Shown one piece after another: positions 9,671-20,052 of a DNA stretch of 64,000 nucleotides. Numbering within the stretch: position 1 is the first letter of the stretch; every line of letters begins with the position of its first letter. Source of the DNA: Leptolyngbyaceae cyanobacterium (GTDB lineage: Bacteria > Cyanobacteriota > Cyanobacteriia > Phormidesmidales > Phormidesmidaceae); NCBI GenBank assembly GCA_965263355.1, contig CBDHHL010000032.1, forward strand, positions 32,001 through 96,000. Reading direction: 5' to 3'. The notes below the pieces were generated by a model, which did no database searches, was not told where the DNA came from, and was given only the letters and a program-made list of their open reading frames with translations. The position numbers and the translations under genes are program-made.

Positions 9671-11467
9671 TCAGGGCCGAATCAAGCTTCTTTCCACGTT
9701 ACGACGATAAAGGGCAATGGCCTGGGCTCGCTGAATCGGTAGGTAGGTCAACATGGTGCCGATACCAATACCGTTAGCAATTAGGCCAAGGGTAATCCAG
9801 GGATTGCTAATCGCTAATCCCTTAACCAGACCTAGACCAGTGCCCATTAACCCCGTCAATAACGATAGACATAGGGCAAAGCGTGGTCTAAAGCCCCGTT
9901 GCCAGAATCGGTCGATGGTTAGCCCGTCCATCGTACCGACAACAGTGCCGCCAATGATACCTAGACCAATGGTAATCATGGCGGTGATGCCATCGGTGGC
10001 CGTAACCCTCAACAACAGACATAGCGGTGCCACCAAAGCAACAGCAACAGCGCCCAAAATGCTCATAATACGAGCTGCTGGAGACCCGAGTCTGATCTCA
10101 TATAATATCCAGCCAGCGATTTGCATCCCCAGGCTATTGCCAAATATTGCCAGTAATATCAAAGCGTTTCTGACCTCAGATAATTGAGGATCGTACTCTG
10201 GTGCCAGGGTCGATAAGACCCAGACGGTTACCCAACAGGTGGTTAATAAAACCAGTAACGATGGATAGGGTGAGCCTTCATGAACAAGCAGAGGCATGGG
10301 CGCTGTCTGTACATTTAAGGTTAGGGAATGAACCTCTTGTTGGGCATTGCTTTTTAGCAATAGAGTGCGCTGGTAAGTTTGCCCTGCCATTAACTGGCCC
10401 GTGTCAATCTGAAGTTTAGTCGTAATGTCATTGTTCTGGAAATCAATAGGAGAAAATTGAATCCAGCTATGATACTGATTGCTCAACGTCGGGTCGCTGT
10501 TGTGGGTAGCCACCTGCCAATGACCAGTTAACGTGGTATCGGGGACAGTGTTATTTAATGTGATCGCCGTTGTTAGTAGTTCCCCTCGCTCATGCGCGAC
10601 CAAGTCTATGGTGGCCCGACTAAACTTTACCTGGGGCTGGCGCAGACCATGATCTGGAATATGTTCCAAGGCGACACTGGCATTTGCAAACCGTTCGTTC
10701 AGTCGTGGTTGCACCATTCTTTGCAGCCATGTTACCCATTCAGAGCTTAAATCAGCCTTGAGCTGTGTGAAATCAACTTGATACGTCACATCGACTAGCT
10801 TGCCTACATTATTGGCTGGTGTATTAGTCAATAGACAGAGCAGGGTCATGCCTAGGCCATAAAGGTCCGATGCTTCGGTTAATTGTCGATTAAAAATTTG
10901 TTCTGGCGGCATAAAGCCCAGGGTGCCTTTGACCACGCTGCTCATGCCCACTTCACCATCGCCGATGCGAGCAAATCCAAAGTCTACAAGATAGACTTTT
11001 AAGTCATCGCTGACCAAAATGTTGGCGGGTTTAAAGTCGCGATGAATAATTGGTGGAATCCGAGTTTGTAGATAGATTAAAATTTCTAGACATGAAATGG
11101 CGATCTGACGAATAGCATCTGGGCTAAAGCTACGGGGGTCAGCAAGGCTTTTAGCCCGCTTATATTCCTGTACCATGCAAAAGCCATCGGGGGATTTAAA
11201 GACTCCCAAATATCTAGGAATGCCCCTATGCTTTAAACTTTTGAGGACCTGACCCTCCTGCATCAAAGCGTCGTATCCCCCCCAATCAGACGACTTAGCA
11301 AATTGGAATTGTTTAATAACTACCCGTTGATTAGTTTTGAGGTGGGTGGCTAAATAGGTAACACGTCCTCCAGCCCGATTAACTCCCAGTTCAGCCTCTA
11401 TTTGAAAACCATAGTTAGAAAAGTCGGGTAGGTCAGATGCCAGAGATGAACCTGTAAGGTCTGTCAT
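9671..11467 (-). CDS. Hanks-type Ser/Thr protein kinase with C-terminal membrane domain
   Basis: VVIK, HRDFKPANIL, DFG, GTLGFMPPE; multiple C-terminal TM helices. Confidence 0.92.
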   Translation of the reverse strand: MTDLTGSSLASDLPDFSNYGFQIEAELGVNRAGGRVTYLATHLKTNQRVVIKQFQFAKSSDWGGYDALMQEGQVLKSLKHRGIPRYLGVFKSPDGFCMVQEYKRAKSLADPRSFSPDAIRQIAISCLEILIYLQTRIPPIIHRDFKPANILVSDDLKVYLVDFGFARIGDGEVGMSSVVKGTLGFMPPEQIFNRQLTEASDLYGLGMTLLCLLTNTPANNVGKLVDVTYQVDFTQLKADLSSEWVTWLQRMVQPRLNERFANASVALEHIPDHGLRQPQVKFSRATIDLVAHERGELLTTAITLNNTVPDTTLTGHWQVATHNSDPTLSNQYHSWIQFSPIDFQNNDITTKLQIDTGQLMAGQTYQRTLLLKSNAQQEVHSLTLNVQTAPMPLLVHEGSPYPSLLVLLTTCWVTVWVLSTLAPEYDPQLSEVRNALILLAIFGNSLGMQIAGWILYEIRLGSPAARIMSILGAVAVALVAPLCLLLRVTATDGITAMITIGLGIIGGTVVGTMDGLTIDRFWQRGFRPRFALCLSLLTGLMGTGLGLVKGLAISNPWITLGLIANGIGIGTMLTYLPIQRAQAIALYRRNVERSLIRP

Positions 11468-11655
11468 TCTTACAATTGCTGGGGGATTTTATCTTTTACC
11501 CATATCGCACAGCTTACCCGTAATCTAGAAAAAGTAGGGTGTCTTTAAGATGAAAACATCTGTCAAGCTAATAATGTGTAGGATGTACCCCAATGCATAG
11601 CGAATTGATACTCATTATGCATTGGGAAATACGTAGACAGTAGCGATCCCTCACG

Positions 11656-12996
11656 TTACTCTCCTGTAATTGAAAGCTCATCGATCCATACGTGGGGAGC
11701 AACACCGCTGGGGGTAATTTTTTCGTCAGGGGAAACGTAGATAATAGATTGCAGCAGCTGACGAAAATCTCCAGCAACGGTGGCTGACTCAATGCTTGTG
11801 CGTTTGCCTTTTTGGAGCAGCCAACCGTCAAAGGGAAGCGAGAAGGCTCCTTGCAGCGCATTCACACCGGCATGGAGAGCCTGGAGGTCATCGATCAAAA
11901 CAACATTTTCGGCATCGTCTAAGCTGTAGCTGGTTTCTGCAGGCTGACCCTGGGTGATATGGAGAAAGTTGCTGCCGACGCTAACTTTGGCACCGATGCT
12001 GGCATGGCCTGTAGGTTTTGTGCCCATGCGCTTGGCGGTACCGGCGCTGTGGAGAAAATTTGTCAGAACACCATTTTCAATAATGGGTAGACGCCGGGTG
12101 GGTGTGCCTTCTCCGTCAAAGGTTTCAGGACTGATATTACCTGGGTGAAGGGCATCATCGTAAACCGATAATAGGGGTGATGCAACAGTAGTATTGAGAC
12201 TCTCGGCAGTGGATAGACTACGTTTGTCTAGAATGCTTTGGGCGTTGTAAAGGTTGCCAAATGCCCGGATCAGGCTCAAAAATGCGTCTGGTGAAAAGAC
12301 GACGCGATATTTACCCGATTCAATTTTTTCGTAGTCGAGATGGCTGAGGGTTTTTTCAGTGGCTTCCTGAAGACAGCCTTCAATGTCGAGGGTATCGGTG
12401 CCTACTCCCACCCGGACAGCGTGGCCAGAACGTGGTTTACGGCCTTCCTGTTCGGTCTTGGTGTACAGATAAACGGAGGCGGAGGTACGCTCAGCACTGC
12501 GCTGGGCACCGTCGCTATTGACATAAAACTCCTCGCTAGTGTTTTGGGCAAGACCGTTGTAAGGGACACTTGCGATCGCATCATGGGCACCTAATAACGC
12601 CTGTTCTACCGTCACTAACCGCTCAATCAACGTGTTCACAGGAGCCGGGTCTGCCAGGGTAATCTCCACCTCTGGCAACGGAGCCGTCGCTTCGGGGCTA
12701 AAGTCAGGAATATGTTCGGTGGCCCCAAAGGCACTGGCCTCAGCCGCTGTTTTTAAGGCAAGTTCTAGACCCCGCTCATCCACATCGGTGGTGGAGGTAA
12801 TCCCCAAGCGCCCCTGGTCGTTCCATACTCGTACCGTAATACTGGCCCGGTTCGAAGCTTTGACTTGTTTAGGTTCACCTTTATCTACCTGCACACTAGT
12901 GCTATCGGTGGTGGCACCGTAGATGTCGTATTTAGTGATGCCGAGGCGTTGGGCAATGGCTTGGGCGTTAGTAGAAATTTCGGTGACTTTCGACAT
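11656..12996 (-). CDS. pmbA: TldE/PmbA family protein
   Basis: FDGEGTPT, IENGVL, TGHA; no HExxH; directly downstream of tldD. Confidence 0.9.
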   Translation of the reverse strand: MSKVTEISTNAQAIAQRLGITKYDIYGATTDSTSVQVDKGEPKQVKASNRASITVRVWNDQGRLGITSTTDVDERGLELALKTAAEASAFGATEHIPDFSPEATAPLPEVEITLADPAPVNTLIERLVTVEQALLGAHDAIASVPYNGLAQNTSEEFYVNSDGAQRSAERTSASVYLYTKTEQEGRKPRSGHAVRVGVGTDTLDIEGCLQEATEKTLSHLDYEKIESGKYRVVFSPDAFLSLIRAFGNLYNAQSILDKRSLSTAESLNTTVASPLLSVYDDALHPGNISPETFDGEGTPTRRLPIIENGVLTNFLHSAGTAKRMGTKPTGHASIGAKVSVGSNFLHITQGQPAETSYSLDDAENVVLIDDLQALHAGVNALQGAFSLPFDGWLLQKGKRTSIESATVAGDFRQLLQSIIYVSPDEKITPSGVAPHVWIDELSITGE

Positions 12997-13060
12997 GGGT
13001 TAACAATATGGGTTAACAATAACGACAAGATGGTTGAAGGGAATGTCGTGGGATTTGGTA

Positions 13061-13085
13061 GTAGGGTGGGCAATGCCCACCCTAC
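13061..13085. repeat. GTAG-type REP-like palindrome
   Basis: GTAGGGTGGGCAATGCCCACCCTAC between tldD and pmbA. Confidence 0.8.
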
Positions 13086-13111
13086 CGGCCCTCTGGAGAG
13101 GAAGTCGTAGT

Positions 13112-14590
13112 TTAACGGCCACCAACGGTGATACTGTCGACCTTCAAATGAGGTTGACCAACGGTGACATAAACATTGCCGCTAATAGAACCACAAAAGC
13201 CAGGGGCCAGACTCAAATCTTGGGAACACATGGAAATCTTTTGCATGATGTCCACAGCTTCGCCAATTAACGTAGCCCCCTTAAGCGGGCGAGTAACCTT
13301 ACCATTTTCAACCAGATAGGCTTCATCCACTGCAAAGTTAAACTTGCCAGTGGGACCAACGCTGCCGCCCCCCATCTTCTTGCAGTAGATGCCTCTATCT
13401 ACAGAAGCAAATAGATCGTCCATACTGTAATCACCTGTATCAATAAAGGTGTTACGCATGCGAGAAGCAGCAGAAAATGTATAGTTCTGACGGCGACCAC
13501 TACCAGTACGGGGATGTCCAGTGCGCACTGACCCAGCCCGATCAGACAGGAAGTTTTTCAACACACCGTTTTCAATTAACAAGGTGCGCTGGGCCGGCAT
13601 CCCTTCATCGTCCATATCAATGGTGCCAAAGGATTCAGTAGACCGTCCCTCGTCCCATGCAGTCAAATTCTCATGGGCAATTTTTTCACCTTTTTTGTCG
13701 ATAAACGGTGTGGTACCCCGCTCAATCTGAGTGGTCTCTAACAGGTGACCACAGGCTTCATGGAAAATCACACCACCGAAGTGATTGGCCATAATAATGG
13801 GATAGTTACCTGATTCGACGTAGTCTGCATAGAGCATTTTGCCAGCAGACTCAGCCAGTGCTTCTGCCGTACTACCATAATCCCAAGCCGTTAGAAAACT
13901 AGGATCGCTGGTATTGCCCAGTCGCTGCCCAATGGAGGAACGATGTTCGCCATCGGCACAGAGCACATTAGCGCCCACGGACTGAGTCAGGCGAATATCA
14001 CGGGCAAAGGTGCCATCGCTGCTAGCAACCAGGATTTCTTGCCAGTCCCTAAAGTAAGCCGTGCGCCGTGCCTGTAAATGTTTAGCTACTTTCTCAACAG
14101 AGGCATTAGCACCTAGCAGAACATCGCCCATTACCTGCATAGAACTACAGTTAGCCAGCCAGTTTTCCTTGGTGGCAGCATAGTCCCGAAACATTTCCAG
14201 GGTGACTTCTGGCACATAGGCTGAGGTGGCTGGCAGCAGCAGACCCATGATGGATAGTCCCTTCTCAAGGGCAGCTTTGAGACCATGGAAACTAACGTCG
14301 TTGGTACTGACGTAGCAGTCGGCTTTACCCTTAAATACCCGTACCCCTGCGCCCGTGATCAGACTGGGAGAGATGCTAGTAATGGCATCGTCTTCTGCTA
14401 AACAACTGATGTAATTACGCCGCTCCAGAAAAAATTCAATAAAATCGGCTCCAGCTGCTCGTCCCAACCCCAATAATGTTGAGAGGGGAGCAGCCCAAGT
14501 AGCATCAAAACGATCGGTGGCCGCCTGATAGGTTTGATTTGGGATTTCCTGCAGGCGTAGGGACGACAGGGGCGGAGCAGCAAGGGTCAT
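13112..14590 (-). CDS. tldD: TldD metalloprotease
   Basis: HEACGH zinc motif, DDEG, SRMRNT, C-terminal GFCGS...V.VGQPH. Confidence 0.93.
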   Translation of the reverse strand: MTLAAPPLSSLRLQEIPNQTYQAATDRFDATWAAPLSTLLGLGRAAGADFIEFFLERRNYISCLAEDDAITSISPSLITGAGVRVFKGKADCYVSTNDVSFHGLKAALEKGLSIMGLLLPATSAYVPEVTLEMFRDYAATKENWLANCSSMQVMGDVLLGANASVEKVAKHLQARRTAYFRDWQEILVASSDGTFARDIRLTQSVGANVLCADGEHRSSIGQRLGNTSDPSFLTAWDYGSTAEALAESAGKMLYADYVESGNYPIIMANHFGGVIFHEACGHLLETTQIERGTTPFIDKKGEKIAHENLTAWDEGRSTESFGTIDMDDEGMPAQRTLLIENGVLKNFLSDRAGSVRTGHPRTGSGRRQNYTFSAASRMRNTFIDTGDYSMDDLFASVDRGIYCKKMGGGSVGPTGKFNFAVDEAYLVENGKVTRPLKGATLIGEAVDIMQKISMCSQDLSLAPGFCGSISGNVYVTVGQPHLKVDSITVGGR

Positions 14591-14940
14591 AGCGGTTGCC
14601 TAGTCTCTCAAAACATGGATTAATCTCCACTAGTTTAGCGCATGGGTTTAGTTAGCGCTCTTAAGGGTCACCTTAAGTCATTCCTCATAGGATCCTCTGC
14701 TAATTTTCAGGATGGAGTCAGGGGAATTTTATATGATGGATGGGGGGGCTAACCCAGTATGGGTCCGCCATAACATCAGCGAGCGTCTGTCCTTATCGAT
14801 GGGTATTACATCTATATAGATAAATCGTATCCAAGTTGAAACCTGTAGATTCTTCTACGGAAAAACTACGGGTCTGGACGTGGACAAAGTTTATTTAAGG
14901 CTATGTCTTGTTCTCAAGTTGTGGTGGTTGACCAGTAACC

Positions 14941-16383
14941 ATGGTGAGTGTTTTACAGACGTCTTTAGGGTTATTAAAATCTCGACTGTCTCGGAAAATT
15001 GTTACGTCGATTTTTCTGAGCCTGGTGGCGATTGAATTTGTTGTTTTTATTCCGTCCTATCGTCAGCGACGGGCAGATAAACTGAGGGAGCTAGAGACGC
15101 TTTCGCAGGAGGTGATCGCGACGATTAAGGCCAACGCGATGCTGGATATGTTGTCCACGTCGCTGTTAGCCGAGGCTCAGACGGCACTGAAGACGGACTC
15201 AATTATTCTTGGGGCCGCTCTCTACGATGAGACGGGACAGTTGATTGATACGTTTGGAGAAACGCCTACGTTAGGGATTCCAGCCAGTGGATTAACTCGG
15301 ATTAAAACAAGGTTAACAGAGTCTGGCACTCGCTATGATGTGGCCTGGCCCAGTCAACAGTTTCAGGATCGCTATATATTGGTCATTCGCCATGATGCGA
15401 ATTCTGTTAAACGCTACATGGTGCAATATTCTATTCTGATCTTTTTTATCGTTGTTATTATTGCGGCCTTTGTCACCCTGGTGACAATTTTTATGCTGGA
15501 GCGGATGTTGATTAACCCGCTGCTGTTGTTACGGGATGATTTATGTCAAGCGGCAGATGTGGTAGATAGGCCCCAGCTAGCTGAGTTTAAAAGTCTCAAA
15601 CAAGCTCAACAGGATGAACTGGGAGATGTGATTCGGGCGTTTGCTTCGATGTTTGGCCAAATCTCTCAAGAGGTACAGGAGCGTCAGCAGGTAGAGTTAG
15701 CCCTACGAAGCGAACAGGTGAAAACAGAGGCGCTGTTACAAAATGTGTTACCGGTTGCGATCGCAAACAAACTCAAAAACGATCTCTCAAACCGTACAGT
15801 TATTGCCTCCCGGTTTGAGAACGTCACGATTCTGTTTGCCGATATTGTTGGCTTTACCCAGCTGGCGGCTAAGACGGCCCCCACTAAACTTGTATGCCAG
15901 CTAAATGACATTTTTTCCATTTTTGATACTTTAGCTGAACGTCACGGGCTAGAAAAGATTAAAACCATTGGCGATGCCTACATGGTAGTGGGGGGCGTCC
16001 CTACACCGATGGCCAATCATGCCGAAGCGGTCATGGCCATGGCCATTGATATGCAGGCAGCGGTAAAGCAACACCCTTTTAAGCTCAGGATTGGAATTAA
16101 TACAGGGCCGGTGGTGGCTGGTGTGATCGGCAAAAAGAAATTTAGTTATGACCTCTGGGGAGACGCTGTCAATATTGCTAGCCGCATGGAGTCCCATGGT
16201 GTAGTCGATCGCATTCAGGTGAGTGCCGATACCTATGACCTGCTCAAAGATAAATTCCAGTTTGAAGATCGAGGATGTATTGCCATCAAAGGACGGGGAC
16301 AGGCCCGAACGTATCTGTGGGTGCCAGCATCATCTGTAGGGGCGTTGCATGCAACACCCCTACAGATGAGCCAAAAGGGTTAG
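14941..16383 (+). CDS. Membrane-bound class III adenylate/guanylate cyclase (2 TM, HAMP-like)
   Basis: ILFADIVGFT, KIKTIGDAYM, YDLWGDAVNIASRMES (adenylate-type K/D residues). Confidence 0.92.
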   Translation: MVSVLQTSLGLLKSRLSRKIVTSIFLSLVAIEFVVFIPSYRQRRADKLRELETLSQEVIATIKANAMLDMLSTSLLAEAQTALKTDSIILGAALYDETGQLIDTFGETPTLGIPASGLTRIKTRLTESGTRYDVAWPSQQFQDRYILVIRHDANSVKRYMVQYSILIFFIVVIIAAFVTLVTIFMLERMLINPLLLLRDDLCQAADVVDRPQLAEFKSLKQAQQDELGDVIRAFASMFGQISQEVQERQQVELALRSEQVKTEALLQNVLPVAIANKLKNDLSNRTVIASRFENVTILFADIVGFTQLAAKTAPTKLVCQLNDIFSIFDTLAERHGLEKIKTIGDAYMVVGGVPTPMANHAEAVMAMAIDMQAAVKQHPFKLRIGINTGPVVAGVIGKKKFSYDLWGDAVNIASRMESHGVVDRIQVSADTYDLLKDKFQFEDRGCIAIKGRGQARTYLWVPASSVGALHATPLQMSQKG

Positions 16384-16403
16384 TCAAATTTTGTTAGTAG
16401 AAA

Positions 16404-16553
16404 CTACCCCACAGCATAATCTGTAAATTTTCTAAACTCAGGAGCTTGCAGCCTAAGGACAATATCTTCCTTATCACCATGGGCAAGATTAATGTTGCCT
16501 CGTTTCAAGAGCATGTCTTGAACTGTTTTACGATATTGTTCTAGCTTTTCCAC
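16404..16553 (-). pseudogene. xisI: XisI remnant with in-frame internal deletion (49 aa)
   Basis: Manual translation: MEKLEQYRKTVQDMLLKRGNINLAHGD/KEDIVLRLQAPEFRKFTDYAVG*, i.e. XisI N- and C-termini joined; overlaps the xisH stop. Confidence 0.8.
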
Positions 16554-16880
16554 AGCACAATGACCTCCTGTTGCACATCATAAACAATGAGTTTCACCTG
16601 GTTTTCTTCTATGATGGCTTTAGGAAACTCTAGCTGAAAAAATGATTCAAATGTTCGATTAGGAATTGCTAAGAATAGGATTATGTCGGGCTCTCGACGT
16701 TTTAAAGCCCCCCGATAATTAATAAATTGTCCTAGGGCTGTATGAAACTCTGAAATCGCAGAAGCTGTTACTAAAAAGCTTTTAATCTCAATCACTATTT
16801 TCTCTCCATTCCGTTCTGCAGCGACTAGGCGTTCTGCACCTAGATCAATAGCCATTTCTACTGAACCTCCGCCATACCCA
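16541..16880 (-). pseudogene. xisH: XisH family protein, 5'-truncated
   Basis: IDLGAERLVAAER...IEIKSF...FHTALGQFINYR; usual N-terminal AKD.FH..V..AL..DGW segment absent. Confidence 0.85.
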
Positions 16881-16938
16881 GATTCAATATTTCTCTGCAA
16901 GAGAGTTTATGTTTTCACCCTGGCCATGGTGTAGCGCC

Positions 16939-16982
16939 TTTGATGACATTTTGATGACATTTTGATGACATTTTGATGGCAT
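16939..16982. repeat. Four tandem 11-bp repeats TTTGATG(A/G)CAT
   Basis: Three perfect copies plus one with one mismatch. Confidence 0.9.
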
Positions 16983-17021
16983 TTTAACTTAATTTAGTTT
17001 TATTACATAGACGAATGATTG

Positions 17022-17035
17022 GTAGTTAAACATAC
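17022..17035. promoter_or_regulatory. Candidate NtcA box upstream of the nitrile hydratase operon
   Basis: GTA-GTTAAACA-TAC matches GTA-N8-TAC, about 170 bp before the first gene. Confidence 0.45.
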
Positions 17036-17207
17036 AACTGTTATCAGTATCTTTCGCTTTACTAATTAAGCAATTACTAAGTAGATGCTTTAGCAAATTA
17101 GTAAATACTTTGGCATTTATATTGCTTTTTGCGTGATTTGTGTCTTCAAATTTACTTTTCCTGAAAACTGTTCTCTCGGTGCCTACATACACTAAGGATT
17201 AAATGGG

Positions 17208-18167
17208 GTGATGAAACGGCGAAGATTCTTTCAATATACAGGGTTAGGCGGTTTAAGCCTTGTGCTGGCAACCCGAAACGGTGCATTCGCTTCAGCGCTT
17301 TCTAACCCCATAGATTCCCAAAAACTAGGGTTAGAAACATTTTCTTTTCAGGTCACTACGGTTGATAAAACAGGAAAAACGCAGTATCCACATACCCATA
17401 CTGCAAAGTATTTCCCAGAGTCGCTCAATCATGTTGAACGACTAGATATGGTCGAGATCACACCGGGTAAATTTTTGATGGGCTCCACTCGATCTGAAGC
17501 CTACGCTAAGGGGAGTGAATTTCCTCGCCATCGTGTGAGCCTGTCGTCTTTTTTCTTGAGTAAATATCCCATTACCCAGGCGCAGTGGGCTGCTGTTGCC
17601 GCATTGCCCAAGGTGAATCGAGACTTATCCCTTGATCCTTCCCACTTTCAAGGTGGTGCTCGTCCCGTAGAAAGTGTTTCCTGGTTGGAAGCAACTGAGT
17701 TTTGCGATCGCTTAAGCAAGCATACTGGTCGTCAGTACCAGCTTCCCAGTGAGGCTCAGTGGGAATATGCCTGTCGTGCTGGCAGCAAGACTCCTTTTAG
17801 TACAGGAGATACAATAATCAGTCAGCTGGCTGATTATCGCGCCAATGTCACTTACAAGGCTGAATCTCCTGGAGACTATCGACAAGCAACCATGCCGGTC
17901 GGCAGCTTTTCTGCCAATGGATTTGGATTACATGATATGCATGGGAATGTCTGGGAATGGTGTGCCGATGGCTGGCATCGCAATTATCGCAGTGCTGCAA
18001 CCAATGGCAGGGCACGTAGACAGGTGTCAGGTAAGCTAGCCCAGCTAAGAACAATTCGTGGTGGTAGCTGGTTAGATTCCCCTGACAAAGTGCGTTCTGC
18101 CAGTCGGTCTGGTTATGCTGAGACAGCCTTGAACCGTACGATTGGCTTTCGCGTGATGATGGCATAG
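17208..18167 (+). CDS. Tat-exported FGE-sulfatase (SUMF1-like) domain protein
   Basis: KRRRFFQ twin-arginine signal; [43 protein letters not shown]. Confidence 0.9.
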   Translation: MMKRRRFFQYTGLGGLSLVLATRNGAFASALSNPIDSQKLGLETFSFQVTTVDKTGKTQYPHTHTAKYFPESLNHVERLDMVEITPGKFLMGSTRSEAYAKGSEFPRHRVSLSSFFLSKYPITQAQWAAVAALPKVNRDLSLDPSHFQGGARPVESVSWLEATEFCDRLSKHTGRQYQLPSEAQWEYACRAGSKTPFSTGDTIISQLADYRANVTYKAESPGDYRQATMPVGSFSANGFGLHDMHGNVWEWCADGWHRNYRSAATNGRARRQVSGKLAQLRTIRGGSWLDSPDKVRSASRSGYAETALNRTIGFRVMMA

Positions 18168-18178
18168 GGAGAAGGCGC

Positions 18179-19162
18179 ATGGTATTGATTCAAAAAGTCC
18201 CCGTTACTGTATTAACTGGCTATCTGGGGGCTGGCAAAACCACATTACTCAATCGGATTCTCACAGAAGAGCATAATCAACGGGTTGCCGTTATTGTCAA
18301 TGAATTTGGCGAAGTTGGTATTGACCATCAGTTAGTGATGGATGCCGACGAAGAAATTTTTGAAATGAATAATGGCTGCATTTGTTGTACGGTGCGGGGA
18401 GATTTAATTCGGATTATTAATGATCTGATGACCCGGCGAGATCGGTTTGATCATTTGGTGATTGAAACCACTGGGTTAGCCGATCCGGCTCCGGTTATTC
18501 AATCCTTCTTTGTGGACGAGGTAATGCTGCGTCAGACCCAGCTGGATGCGGTGGTGACTGTGGTGGACGCCAAGCACATTTGGGCTCATTGGGACAGTAG
18601 TGAGGCTCAAGAACAGATTGCCTTTGCCGATGTGATTTTGCTTAACAAAACTGATTTGGTGTCTGCTGAGATTTTGGAGGCGTTAATGCAGAAGGTAAGG
18701 GGGATGAATGCGATCGCAAAAATCCACACCACCCAAAACTGTGACATTGACCTCAGTCTTTTGTTGGGAGTTCAAGCCTTTGACCTCAAAAATGCCCTGA
18801 GTATTGATCCTACCTTTTTAGACGAAGATGCCCATGAGCATGACAATTCTGTCTTTTCTATAGCGATTAAAAATGCAGAAGCCATTGATATTGATGAGCT
18901 AAATCGCTGGCTCTATCGGCTGGTACAGGCAAAAGGCCCCGATATCTTTCGCATGAAAGGGATTTTGAATGTGGCTAATGCTGAACGACGGTTTGTATTT
19001 CAAGGTGTACACATGACCTTAGATGGTCGGCCTGGTAAACCATGGCGACCAGGGGAGACTCGTCAAAATGAGCTGGTTTTTATTGGTCGCAATTTAGATG
19101 AGGCAGAGCTTCGAACTGGATTTGAGAATTGTTTTGCAAAAGCCTATGCCCATTCAATGTGA
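18179..19162 (+). CDS. COG0523/CobW-P47K family metallochaperone GTPase
   Basis: [26 protein letters not shown], CobW_C domain. Confidence 0.93.
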   Translation: MVLIQKVPVTVLTGYLGAGKTTLLNRILTEEHNQRVAVIVNEFGEVGIDHQLVMDADEEIFEMNNGCICCTVRGDLIRIINDLMTRRDRFDHLVIETTGLADPAPVIQSFFVDEVMLRQTQLDAVVTVVDAKHIWAHWDSSEAQEQIAFADVILLNKTDLVSAEILEALMQKVRGMNAIAKIHTTQNCDIDLSLLLGVQAFDLKNALSIDPTFLDEDAHEHDNSVFSIAIKNAEAIDIDELNRWLYRLVQAKGPDIFRMKGILNVANAERRFVFQGVHMTLDGRPGKPWRPGETRQNELVFIGRNLDEAELRTGFENCFAKAYAHSM

Positions 19163-19281
19163 GGCTGACCCACCCCGGAGCCCCTCCCAGGAGGGGCTAG
19201 GGTATCGGTTCTTGCGTTAAGTATTGCATTTTACTAAATCTTTTTTCGACTTTTTCATCCTACTGAGAACAAGACAAACCT

Positions 19282-20028
19282 ATGAAACTACAACATGCCC
19301 TTGGCGGGCTGCAAGGATTAGACACCATTACCCCAGAAATAGAGGTATTTGTTGAGCCTTGGGAAAAGCGAATCTTTGGCATTCATACGGCGATGATGGC
19401 CCTTAGTAACCATCTTGATACAGCCTTACCGGGCTATGCCATTGATGAGGTGCCTACCACCTTTAAGAGCTTTTGGACCTGGGGCCATTTGCGCATGGGA
19501 GCAGAGGGAATGCATCCCTTTGAGTACTTCCGATTACGGTATTACGAGAAATGGCTGGGGGGTATTTCAGGCTTCTTTGTTAGCGAAGGTTACATTACCC
19601 AGGAAGAGCTAGATGCGCGCACCGCTGAGTATTTAGAGGACAGCGAAGCCGCAGCAGCCCCTTTGCCCAGTGGAGGCGACGCAGCCATTGATGATCAGGT
19701 GGTGAAATACTTGAGAGAAGGGGATTCTCCCATGCGTCCCTTGGTAGCTCCACCCAAATTTAGTTTGGGTGATCAGGTCAAGATCAAGATTGTCTCTCCT
19801 GGTGCCCATAGCCGCTTGCCTGGTAATTTGCAAGGCCGCGTAGCCACAGTGGTCAAGGTGTATGAAGGGGCGTTTACCTACTTCTTTCCCACCGCCGATG
19901 GCATTGGTGTTCCCATGCCGGTTTATAGTCTGGCTTTTCAAGTAGAAGACCTGTGGGATGAATCGTTGACTGAGCCGAATACGGTTTACTACAACGACAT
20001 TTTTGAAGTGTACATAGAAGCCGCGTAA
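19282..20028 (+). CDS. nthB: Nitrile hydratase beta subunit (divergent N-terminus)
   Basis: F.EPWEKR, LR..AE.M, YYEKW, HSRLP, VYSLAF...LW, IFE.YI. Confidence 0.88.
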   Translation: MKLQHALGGLQGLDTITPEIEVFVEPWEKRIFGIHTAMMALSNHLDTALPGYAIDEVPTTFKSFWTWGHLRMGAEGMHPFEYFRLRYYEKWLGGISGFFVSEGYITQEELDARTAEYLEDSEAAAAPLPSGGDAAIDDQVVKYLREGDSPMRPLVAPPKFSLGDQVKIKIVSPGAHSRLPGNLQGRVATVVKVYEGAFTYFFPTADGIGVPMPVYSLAFQVEDLWDESLTEPNTVYYNDIFEVYIEAA

Positions 20029-20052
20029 ACAAGGTGATTGAAGGAGTCTATT

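Noticed and set aside
14854..14872. CTACGG direct repeat at 11-bp spacing upstream of the cyclase
   Set aside because: Could be a response-regulator site, but two short copies are too little evidence.
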